DNA of 64,000 nt from Chloroflexota bacterium. GTDB taxonomy: Bacteria > Chloroflexota > Limnocylindria > Limnocylindrales > CSP1-4. The notes below the pieces were generated by a model. The model made no database searches. It worked only from the letters and a program-made list of their open reading frames with translations, and had not been told where the DNA came from. Below are positions 20,381 through 27,577 of this stretch, piece by piece (positions within the stretch are counted from its first letter, which is position 1; each line of letters begins with the position of its first letter). The DNA is taken from positions 175,329 through 239,328 of the forward strand of contig PLLE01000041.1 in the NCBI GenBank assembly GCA_003141245.1. Reading direction: 5' to 3'. A program made the translations under genes and the position numbers.

Positions 20381-20429
20381 CGAAGACCGTTCGCCCTGCG
20401 GAGGCAGGCGCGGCGGGGTAGGGAAGAAC

Positions 20430-20446
20430 TAGAACGTCCGTTCACT
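20430..20446. promoter_or_regulatory. Second copy of the GAAC-N4-GTTC operator: TAGAACGTCCGTTCACT (orphan)
   Basis: It is 16/17 identical to 1197-1213. It lies in the 600-nt gap between the methyltransferase gene and ppm1, about 135 nt upstream of candidate RNA E1. Confidence 0.35.
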
Positions 20447-20580
20447 GACCTTCGCATCGGGGAGGCTCCGTCCGACCGCCTTTGTGTGCGGGGCGTGGAC
20501 AACTCCCGAAATGATCGTCGGCCGTGTCGAAAGTGGTGGATAAGTCACTTCCCGTGGGGCTGCGCCGGGCCTATTGTGCG

Positions 20581-20864
20581 TCTTGCCCGAAGGGGCCAGC
20601 GAGATCGACACCGACTCAGCGGTCTTGACGGAAACGGTGCGCGATCTACGTGAAAGTCTTTGCACCCGCAAGGGTATTTGGACCGAAGCGCAGAACGCAA
20701 TCCGCGGAAGTCGGGACGTAGAGGGGCCGGTGGCGGTTCCGGCAGTGGCCGGAGCGCAGGCCGCCAGTCGAGCGAGAGGTCTTCGGATTTCTTGCACGCG
20801 GTGGTCAAAGCGGCCGGTACACGCGAAACCGCAGTCCGATCGAAGTGGTTCCTTCGGGCGTTTT
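20581..20864 (+). ncRNA. Candidate structured RNA E1 (about 280 nt), family unknown
   Basis: The terminal helix GCCCGAAGG (20585-20593) pairs with CCTTCGGGC (20851-20859) and is followed by GTTTTCGTGT. Internal hairpins carry GCAA and UUCG tetraloops. It shares a leader and 3-prime end with E2. Confidence 0.35.
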
Positions 20865-20981
20865 CGTGTCTCCGCGAGAATCCGAGGCCGCGGCTCCGGA
20901 GCGGCCCTGGGTCAGGTGGCCAGCAGGGTAGGGGAGAGAGAGGGTATCCTCGCCCGCGACCCCTTTGCAGCCAGGAAACCG

Positions 20982-21776
20982 ATGTCGACCGCCGTCCCGT
21001 CGCCCGACCCGATCGCAGCCGCTCCCGCCGCCCCGCGCATCTGGGTGCTCGTTCCGACCTACAACGAGCGCGAGAACGTCGGCCCGATCATCGAGGCGAT
21101 CCTCGCGACGGTGCCGCAGGCTAACATCCTCGTCGTCGACGACGGTTCGCCCGACGGGACCGGCGACCTGGCCGACGAGCTGGCCCGCCAGAACTCCAGC
21201 ATCGCGATCCTGCATCGCGAGGCCAAGCAGGGCCTGGGACGCGCCTACGTGGCCGCCTTCCGGGACGTTCTAGCTCGGCAGGCCGACATCGTGGTCCAGA
21301 TCGACGCCGACTTCAGCCATCCGGTGCGGTTCCTGCCGTCGCTCCTGGAGCCCATCGTGGCGGGCCGGGCGGACCTGGTGCTGGGCTCGAGATACGTCAA
21401 GGGCGGGCACATACCGCGCTGGAACATCTTCCGCCGGCTTATCAGCCGGGGCGGCAGCATCTTCGCGGGCGTCGTTCTGCTGATGCCTTACCGGGACCTG
21501 ACCGGCGGCTACAAGGCCTTCCGGAGCACGGTGTTGCGGGAGATCGATCTCGACCGCCTGCATGCGGGCGGTTATGCCTTTCAGATCGAGACGACCTTCC
21601 GAGCTCGCCTGGCGGGCGCGCGCATCATCGAAGTTCCGATCACCTTCGAAGAGCGCCGCGCCGGGCAATCGAAGATGAGCATGGCGATCTTCAGTGAGGC
21701 ACTCTGGCTGGTGATGGGGCTGCGATTCTCGAACTTTCGACGTCGCAAGCGAAACCTGGACGAACGGGGCGGCTGA
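20982..21776 (+). CDS. GT2 polyprenol/dolichol-phosphate mannosyltransferase (Ppm1-like)
   Basis: WVLVPTYNERENV...LVVDDGSPDGTGD...GLGRAYVAAF...SRYVKGG... The frame stays open upstream to 20574, but that part is Arg-rich and unlikely to be coding. Confidence 0.85.
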   Translation: MSTAVPSPDPIAAAPAAPRIWVLVPTYNERENVGPIIEAILATVPQANILVVDDGSPDGTGDLADELARQNSSIAILHREAKQGLGRAYVAAFRDVLARQADIVVQIDADFSHPVRFLPSLLEPIVAGRADLVLGSRYVKGGHIPRWNIFRRLISRGGSIFAGVVLLMPYRDLTGGYKAFRSTVLREIDLDRLHAGGYAFQIETTFRARLAGARIIEVPITFEERRAGQSKMSMAIFSEALWLVMGLRFSNFRRRKRNLDERGG

Positions 21777-21906
21777 ACCCACGCCACCGGCGGCCCGGTT
21801 GCGGCAGGTGTGCACGAAAGGTGGACAGGCCAGCGACTGGCTCCCGTGATCGCGCAAACGAGTGGATAAGCGGGTTGGCACTGGGCCGGTAGGGGAGTAC
21901 ATTGTG

Positions 21907-22002
21907 TCTTGCCCGGAGGGGCCACGGAAGACCGAACGACTCGACCGATCTCCGGATCGGCCGAACGATGCGGGGTCGCGGTTCCTCCGGGCATTTGCGT
22001 TT
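21907..22002 (+). ncRNA. Candidate structured RNA E2 (about 95 nt), short paralogue of E1
   Basis: The terminal helix GCCCGGAGG (21911-21919) pairs with CCTCCGGGC (21984-21992) and is followed by ATTTGCGTTT. Candidate promoter TTGGCA (21875)-17 nt-TACATT. Confidence 0.35.
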
Positions 22003-22042
22003 CCGCCTCGGCCTGTCGAGCGCCCAGACCGTGCGCTGCACC

Positions 22043-22070
22043 TTGACTGCTGCCGTAATGCTGCTATGCT
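22043..22070 (+). promoter_or_regulatory. Sigma-70-like promoter TTGACT-16 nt-TATGCT for the AbrB-type antitoxin (near-leaderless)
   Basis: The -10 element ends 7 nt before the ATG at 22078, and no Shine-Dalgarno sequence is present. Confidence 0.45.
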
Positions 22071-22077
22071 GCATTGC

Positions 22078-22374
22078 ATGAAAGAACACTACGTGACGGT
22101 CCAGTCGCGTGGAACGATCGCTCTTCCGGTCGGTCTTCGCCAGAGACTTCACCTTGATGAGCCGGGCGCCCAACTCCAGATCATCGAGCGGGAAGACGGC
22201 CTGGTGGAGCTTCGTGGCGTCCTGCCTGTGGCTGCGGACCAGCGCTGGTTCTGGAGCGAGCGCTGGCAGGCCATGGAGCGCGAGGTCGATGAGCACGTCG
22301 CTGCAGGGCATGTCACCACGGTCGACGGTCCCGACGCGCTGTTCGAGCACCTGGACCATGGCCTGGATGCCTGA
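22078..22374 (+). CDS. AbrB/MazE/SpoVT-family antitoxin
   Basis: MKEHYVTVQSRGTIALPVGLRQRLHLDEPGAQLQIIERE is a swapped-hairpin (SpoVT-AbrB) N-terminus. A small partner gene lies 6 nt downstream. Confidence 0.75.
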   Translation: MKEHYVTVQSRGTIALPVGLRQRLHLDEPGAQLQIIEREDGLVELRGVLPVAADQRWFWSERWQAMEREVDEHVAAGHVTTVDGPDALFEHLDHGLDA

Positions 22375-22380
22375 CCACAG

Positions 22381-22692
22381 TTGAAGTTCCAGCTCACCCC
22401 AGCCTTCGAGAGCGACTGGCGGCGCCTGTCCGCCGACGAACGAGCGATGTTCCGACAGGCGATCAAGGACGACTTCCATCCAGCCTGTGAACGACGGCGC
22501 GACGATCCGACGGCCTCCTGGCCGAAGAGACTGCGAGTCAAGGACGTCGAAGGCGCTCCCGGCGTCTGGGAAATGACGTGGAGCTACTCCGGGCCCGACG
22601 GGCGAGCAACCTTCGAGTGGGTAGAGATCGACGGCGCACCATGCATCCGTTGGCGGCGCATCGGAGGCCACGCCATCTTCGGCGAGCCATAG
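22381..22692 (+). CDS. RelE/ParE-superfamily-like toxin candidate
   Basis: 103 aa with a TTG start. The motif GVWEMTWSYSGPDGRATFEWVEIDG...IRWRRIGGHAIF resembles RelE-like toxins. The assignment rests on this resemblance and its position after the antitoxin. Confidence 0.55.
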   Translation: MKFQLTPAFESDWRRLSADERAMFRQAIKDDFHPACERRRDDPTASWPKRLRVKDVEGAPGVWEMTWSYSGPDGRATFEWVEIDGAPCIRWRRIGGHAIFGEP

Positions 22693-22800
22693 CGCCGGTT
22701 GGTCTTGCCCTGTGCGAGCGCCAGGGGAGGGGAGAGGGCTTGTGCACGTAGTCGAATGCAGAGACAAGGGGCCAGGGGAGCCTCAACTTCCCCGCTTCCC

Positions 22801-22841
22801 TTGACGCCAGCAGTAACAGCGGTATAGTTGGGATACCGCTG
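22801..22841 (+). promoter_or_regulatory. Promoter TTGACG-16 nt-TATAGT overlapped by the 9-bp inverted repeat CAGCGGTAT/ATACCGCTG
   Basis: The -35 element is at 22801-22806 and the -10 at 22823-22828. The palindrome arms are at 22817-22825 and 22833-22841. GAGGA precedes the ATG at 22857. Confidence 0.5.
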
Positions 22842-22856
22842 TCGTGAGGAACTTTC

Positions 22857-23129
22857 ATGGACCGGCTCTACTACACGCCCAGGGAAGTCGCCGAGATACT
22901 CCGCATCTCTGACGACGCCGTGCTCGACCTGATCCATCGCGGTGAGATTCGGGCGCTGCGGGTTTCCGCGCGGATCATCCGAATTCCCGCCGCCGGCTTC
23001 GACGCCTGGCGTGAAGGGCGCAGACCCGTTCGGCGTCGCGTGCGCATCGCCGAGACATCGGAACCTAATGGAATCAAGATCGGCGAGGGCGAACAGTTGC
23101 CGGAACGGGCACTCGAGCTTCGTCGGTGA
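22857..23129 (+). CDS. Excisionase/MerR-type helix-turn-helix DNA-binding protein
   Basis: YYTPREVAEILRISDDAVLDLIHRGEIRALRVSARIIRIP is the HTH_17/Xis signature. Confidence 0.8.
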   Translation: MDRLYYTPREVAEILRISDDAVLDLIHRGEIRALRVSARIIRIPAAGFDAWREGRRPVRRRVRIAETSEPNGIKIGEGEQLPERALELRR

Positions 23130-23620
23130 TCGAAGCGACCACCGACGAGTTGCTCGGCTACCTGGCCGACGTGATCGAGCGCGCGGAACGCTACGGCGCA
23201 ACCGTGGAGCCGCCAAACGACGCGCCCGAGGTCCAGTGGGACCGCGTCGGCGAGGACTTGCTGATGTACCTGGACGTCCGTCCGCCGGTCGATGGCCGCA
23301 CGCGTGCTCAGATCACGCTTCAGGAGCGCTGGCGGCCCATTGGCCAGGACCGGTGGGAACTGGCCGAATACGGCTATGAACTCCGCGATTTCCACCTCGA
23401 CTACCGACGCGCGCTCCATCAGCACGATCGTGACTACTTCGTTCGTCGCTTCGGCGTCGCGTCACACGAGCACTGCGAGCCTGTCATCGGTCGCGCGACG
23501 TGCTGGCACTACGCCGGCGCCCCGTGCTACGGCGCGCTCGATGGACTCGACCGCCTGTATGTGGTCTGGACCGCGGGAGTGAAGCCGGACTGCTCGCGAC
23601 TGCGCTGTCTCGAGGACTAG
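23126..23620 (+). CDS. Hypothetical His/Cys-rich protein (164 aa), coupled to the HTH gene
   Basis: The GTG overlaps the upstream stop (GTGA). YGYELRDFHLDYRRALHQHDRDYF...ASHEHCEP...CWHYAGAPCYG. It possibly resembles the DUF6516/TumE family; this is from memory and unverified. Confidence 0.6.
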   Translation: MIEATTDELLGYLADVIERAERYGATVEPPNDAPEVQWDRVGEDLLMYLDVRPPVDGRTRAQITLQERWRPIGQDRWELAEYGYELRDFHLDYRRALHQHDRDYFVRRFGVASHEHCEPVIGRATCWHYAGAPCYGALDGLDRLYVVWTAGVKPDCSRLRCLED

Positions 23621-23704
23621 ACGGCGCGTACGACTGGGCGACCACTCGCGTTGGGGCTGGAAAGCGACTGAATGCCACTCCTGGCACTTCCGATAAGAGA
23701 GGTT

Positions 23705-24016
23705 ATGTCCGTTAGCCTCAAGAGGCCCATTTTGTTGAGCGGCCGTTGGTGGGTCATCACAACTGGCCATGAGGCGAGCGCGGCAGTCGTGGTCGCCTAC
23801 TGGACACCTGACAACGCCGTCGAAAGTCTGGACGCGCCTTCGGGCGATCTTCTGAATGCACCACAACGGCTCGCCGGGTACCCACCGCCGGATGTATTCT
23901 CGGACGCGTCGAATGAGGAGGCGCTCGATGGCGAAGAACACCCGTCATGTTGTCCCGCGGCAAGATGGTTGGGCTGTCAAAAAGGGCGGGGCGACGCGGG
24001 CTTCAAAGGTCTTTGA
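23705..24016 (+). CDS. Doubtful hypothetical ORF
   Basis: ATG at 23705 follows AAGAGAGG with only a 2-nt spacer. The first 75 aa or so look protein-like. It overlaps the DUF2188 gene by 89 nt in another frame. Confidence 0.2.
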   Translation: MSVSLKRPILLSGRWWVITTGHEASAAVVVAYWTPDNAVESLDAPSGDLLNAPQRLAGYPPPDVFSDASNEEALDGEEHPSCCPAARWLGCQKGRGDAGFKGL

Positions 24017-24158
24017 TACCCAGGGAGGTGCGATCCAGTACGCTCGAGACAAGGCACGCAAAGAGAGCGGCGAACTCTACGTCCATCGCAGGGACGGAAC
24101 GATACGGCAGCGCGACAGCTACGGGAGTGACCCGAACCCGCCCAGGGACAAGAAGTAG
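23928..24158 (+). CDS. DUF2188-like small protein
   Basis: GAGGAG lies 7 nt upstream of the ATG. HVVPRQDGWAVKKGGATRASKVFDTQGGAIQYARDKARKESGELYVHRRDGTIRQRDSYGSDPNPP matches the pattern recalled for DUF2188. Confidence 0.7.
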   Translation: MAKNTRHVVPRQDGWAVKKGGATRASKVFDTQGGAIQYARDKARKESGELYVHRRDGTIRQRDSYGSDPNPPRDKK

Positions 24159-24781
24159 TGCCGGCGACTGGTTCTGCCGAGAGCGTCTTCGTCAATTGCC
24201 CTTATGACGAGAGGTATCGTGCTCTCCTGAGGCCCCTCCTTTTCACTGTCGTCTATGCAGGCATGAACCCACGACTCGCCGCGGAGAGCATGGATTCGGG
24301 AGAGACACGGATCGGCAGGATCGCCGAGCTTATTCGCGAATCGAGGTACGCGATTCACGATCTGTCGCGCATCCAGGCCGAGAAGAAGGGGGAGTACTTT
24401 CGCCTGAACATGCCCTTTGAACTAGGTCTGGACGTCGGGTGTCGGCTGTTCGGGCAGGGTGAGGACTGTAAGAAGCGGTGCCTAATCCTCGAGAAGGAGC
24501 GGTATCGTTACCAGGCCGCGATATCCGATCTGTCGAGCTCGGATATCAGAGCCCACGGCGACGACCCTGAGGAACTCGTCGCCGCTGTCCGTGACTGGCT
24601 CAACTGCGAGGCGGGCGCACATCTTCCTGGTCCATCGCGCATCTGGGATGCGTTCAACGAGTTCATGGCCGACGACTACGACAGGCTGACCGCCGACGGG
24701 TTCTCCGACAAGGACATAGTCCGGCGCCCTCTTGTCGAACTCGTCAATGGAATGAAGGCCTGGGTGGCGGCCAACACCTGA
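24158..24781 (+). CDS. TIR-like / nucleoside-2-deoxyribosyltransferase-like domain protein with an unassigned C-terminal domain of about 90 aa
   Basis: The GTG overlaps the DUF2188 stop by 1 nt. VFVNCPYDERY...RIGRIAELIRESRYAIHDLS...NMPFELGLDVG follows a beta-alpha pattern with a conserved Glu, as in TIR-like and NDT folds. The call is from motifs only. Confidence 0.55.
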   Translation: MPATGSAESVFVNCPYDERYRALLRPLLFTVVYAGMNPRLAAESMDSGETRIGRIAELIRESRYAIHDLSRIQAEKKGEYFRLNMPFELGLDVGCRLFGQGEDCKKRCLILEKERYRYQAAISDLSSSDIRAHGDDPEELVAAVRDWLNCEAGAHLPGPSRIWDAFNEFMADDYDRLTADGFSDKDIVRRPLVELVNGMKAWVAANT

Positions 24782-24962
24782 GACTCCGATTTGGCGACGG
24801 CAGACTGGTGCGACTCGCAACCATTGGCGGAATGCAGTGGCCCACGAGTACCCCGGCCGTGGAGTCAGCTCTCTCCCCTACCCTGCCGGTTTGTCCACAC
24901 CAGGAAGACCCTCAACAGATCACTCTCGACGATTCAAAGGCACGAATCATGTCGTTGTGATT

Positions 24963-26408
24963 TCACGCCCGCCGAAAGGCGCCGTTGCTCGTCTCCGGCA
25001 TGCCGCCTGGCGCCGAGAGCTCTCCGAGGATCGCCCGCGCAAACCAATCAAGCCATCGCTCTACGAACCCTCCTTGTTCTCCCTGATCGATGGCCACGGG
25101 CACCCTGGCGACGTGGTAGATCCCGAGGATTGGAGCGATCGCCTCTCCAGCCTCATCACCCGGGTCGAGCGCAAAGGGGTTGTTTGTGCTGTGCAGGGTC
25201 CAAAACGCGACCTCAAACCAACGGTAGCGTCCCTTCTCCATTCCGTCGCAGAACCAGAGCGAGTGGCTTCGCCCTTGGTAGCGCCCCGAGTGTCCTGGCA
25301 GAGCGATGCCAATGGTGCTTGCCGCCACGACATCGAATGGCGGTGGGAACCTGCCCCAGACACCGGGCGTGATCGCTTTCGCCTCGGAGATCGACAGACG
25401 AACGCCGTTGGCCTCCATACCGAGCGGCACGTGACTCCCGGGATTTGGCTTAGCCGTCGGCGCGTTCTCTTGGATTTGAGCCCGCATTAGATCGGCGATG
25501 GCCCTGAGACTCTTGGAACCGGCGGCGAAGACGCCAGCTCGACGTTCGCTCTCCTGGGCCGCAGCCGAAGCAGCCGCGGCGGCTTTGGACTGGGCAACGA
25601 CTAACGACTGGTTGGCGAGCTGAAGACGGGCGAGAGCGCCGGATGTCGGCTGCAACGCCTTCTGAATACGGGGGACAAGATTGGCGGCTGACGGGCGCGT
25701 CGGAGCCGGCTTATAGAGGCACTCGAGAACGATGCTTGAGAGGGCAGATGGGAGATTCGGCGCTGGAGGTTCTTGGCTCAGATGCTGTTCGCGCAGGTCT
25801 GGGCCGAGGAAGGGCCGGTGTCCTACCAGCACTTCATAAGCCACGACTCCAAACGAGTAGACATCCGCGGCCGAGGTTGCCCGTTCATCGCGCCATCGCT
25901 CCGGGGCGTTGTAGGCGCCCGTCCAGGCGTGCTTCCACGTGTCTTTCGCCGTCGTCTTGTCCGCGTAGCGGGCGATCCCGAAGTCTGCGAGGCACCAGTG
26001 CCCGTTGAGTAGCAAGACGTTCTCTGGCTTCAGGTCTCGATGGACGATCCCGTGCTCGTCGAGATCAGCGAGGGCTTCGGCGATGTCCGTGAGGATCGGC
26101 ATGGCCTGGTCCGGCATGAGGGCTGATCCGGCACTCGCCAGATGCTCCCTGAGTGACCTGTCGGCCTTCGGCATCACCAGCACCCAGGCTTCGTCGGTCT
26201 CGCCACTGTCGATGATCGGCACAACATTCCGAATGCCAGCCAGATCGACGAAGAGGAGCTCTCGCTCTGCACCTGGCTCCTTTCGCACCAACTTAAGTGC
26301 GGCCGGTTGTCCGCTGTCGGATGTCGCCTCGAATACGCGGCCGAAGCCTCCACCACCAATCTGGGCGCCGAGCGTCCACTCGTGCTCGAGCCGAATTACG
26401 TCCGCCAT
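24963..26408 (-). CDS. Soluble Ser/Thr protein kinase with an unrecognised C-terminal domain of about 210 aa
   Basis: GGGGFGRVFEA...AALKLV (G-loop and Lys), HRDLKPENVLL, DFGIAR and APE (YNAPERW). No TM segment. The C-terminal half (RSHSLWFCDGMEKGRYRWFEVAF...) matches nothing recognised. Confidence 0.85.
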   Translation of the reverse strand: MADVIRLEHEWTLGAQIGGGGFGRVFEATSDSGQPAALKLVRKEPGAERELLFVDLAGIRNVVPIIDSGETDEAWVLVMPKADRSLREHLASAGSALMPDQAMPILTDIAEALADLDEHGIVHRDLKPENVLLLNGHWCLADFGIARYADKTTAKDTWKHAWTGAYNAPERWRDERATSAADVYSFGVVAYEVLVGHRPFLGPDLREQHLSQEPPAPNLPSALSSIVLECLYKPAPTRPSAANLVPRIQKALQPTSGALARLQLANQSLVVAQSKAAAAASAAAQESERRAGVFAAGSKSLRAIADLMRAQIQENAPTAKPNPGSHVPLGMEANGVRLSISEAKAITPGVWGRFPPPFDVVAASTIGIALPGHSGRYQGRSHSLWFCDGMEKGRYRWFEVAFWTLHSTNNPFALDPGDEAGEAIAPILGIYHVARVPVAIDQGEQGGFVERWLDWFARAILGELSAPGGMPETSNGAFRRA

Positions 26409-26649
26409 TTCGTTTCACCCTCTTCTGATCAACTTCAAGGTGTCCTGCTCGGCGCCTGTCAACTCGGCGCTCGACGGAGCCTTTGGCCCGATCACAGCTG
26501 ATGGTGCCGGGCTGCCTCAGAAACCTCACCTTCGGCGCGCTTGCGACCCAGCTTGTTGATCCATCTCGATATCTTCAAGGGCTCGTTTGGCGACCAAGGA
26601 ATGAAACGCAGCCTGGCGAACAAACGACGCCAAGTTCGGGGCGGTGGCT

Positions 26650-27534
26650 TCACCGAGGAAGATCGAGGTAGTACACGGGCGTGAGCGGAAGAAGGCGACG
26701 ATGTTGCTCCGGGACCTTGCCCTGGTGTTCGATCCAAAGGCGGTAGAGGCCTTCGAGGTCGATGAGGGTTAGCCGGCGCGTCGTCTCCCGCCGGGCCTCG
26801 GCTTCCGCTGGTCCGGAGAAGCCTCCCGTACATACGAAGATGCCGATATCGTCCTGCCCAAGGATTCCCTTGAACGAGTGGAGACCCTCGGTACCGATCC
26901 TGGCTTCCTGGCGTTTCACCTGGACCTTGATTCGAGGGCCGACCGCGCCCAGGGGGTCTCCGAAGGCCAGAATGTCCATCCCTCCGTCGGCACCGGGCGG
27001 CGCAATCCAGGCTACGTGGTAGTCCATGGCGCGAAGCAAGGCAGCGACGAGCTCCTGGAAGTCATACGGAGGAAGGGTCGCCAGGTGCGTCTTGACGTCT
27101 GCCCAGGCCGCCTCGCGCGCTTCATCCAGGCTGACCGCCGACTCAGTTGGAATGTCCATCTCAGCGGGAGATAGTCCTTCGGGGCGGCCTTTCTTCCATT
27201 CGTTGTATAGCCTGAAGGCCTCCCGGTAGAAGTTGGCCGGATCTGAGTGTGTAGCCAGGGCTTGTCTACCGGCTGGCGTTACCGTCCACGTCCCCGCGGA
27301 CTTCGTCAACCAGCCGGCTTTGACTGGGGCGATCGTGGCGAAGCGAACGACTTTCTCGTAGCGACGAACGCCGGGGAAGTTCGGCCAGTCTCCCTCCTCA
27401 AACGGTGTAGGGGGAACTTGCCTAGCGACCCGTTCAAGCGTGTCGGCGGCCGAGAGGCCATCGGGTGCCTGCTCGAGAATCTCGAGGACGGCTCGAGACA
27501 GCTCGCCATACCGCCTTTGCGTGTACTCAGCCAT
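26650..27534 (-). CDS. mrr: Mrr-type restriction endonuclease (Mrr_N winged helix plus Mrr_cat)
   Basis: The N-terminal wHTH is followed by PYDFQELVAALLRAMDY...GADGGMDILAF...KVQVKRQ...IFVCTGGFS, a PD-(D/E)xK core. An in-frame upstream start at 27606 is possible. Confidence 0.85.
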   Translation of the reverse strand: MAEYTQRRYGELSRAVLEILEQAPDGLSAADTLERVARQVPPTPFEEGDWPNFPGVRRYEKVVRFATIAPVKAGWLTKSAGTWTVTPAGRQALATHSDPANFYREAFRLYNEWKKGRPEGLSPAEMDIPTESAVSLDEAREAAWADVKTHLATLPPYDFQELVAALLRAMDYHVAWIAPPGADGGMDILAFGDPLGAVGPRIKVQVKRQEARIGTEGLHSFKGILGQDDIGIFVCTGGFSGPAEAEARRETTRRLTLIDLEGLYRLWIEHQGKVPEQHRRLLPLTPVYYLDLPR

Positions 27535-27577
27535 TGGCGACTCCTCGTGGTGCGGGCGCGCCTCTATCGCGGCGGGC

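Noticed and set aside
20730-20760. A GCCACTG (B12-box-like) sequence on the minus strand, suggesting a cobalamin riboswitch.
   Set aside because: No other cobalamin riboswitch core elements are present, and no gene lies downstream on that strand.
20581-20864. E1 identified as SRP RNA (Bacillus-type, about 270 nt), 6S RNA, RNase P RNA or tmRNA.
   Set aside because: It lacks the GGUCCGGAAGGAAGCAGCC domain IV motif of SRP RNA, the GGAAAGUCC and ACAGAACCCGGCUUA motifs of RNase P RNA, and a tRNA-like end for tmRNA. 6S RNA cannot be excluded by eye, but the size and the multi-hairpin interior do not fit well.
20574-20981. An N-terminal 136-aa extension of the ppm1 ORF.
   Set aside because: The second half of the extension is Arg/Gly-rich junk, and GT2 homologues start near the MSTAV... 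position. The region is better explained by candidate RNA E1, although the first 40 codons or so look mildly protein-like.
20536-21870. DnaA-box-like sequences: TTATCCAC on the minus strand at 20536-20544 and 21862-21870, plus TTGTCCAC-like sites at about 20492 and about 35840. These could suggest an origin of replication.
   Set aside because: There are only isolated 8/9 matches, with no cluster, no AT-rich unwinding element and no dnaA/dnaN genes. The boxes are part of the conserved region upstream of E1 and E2.
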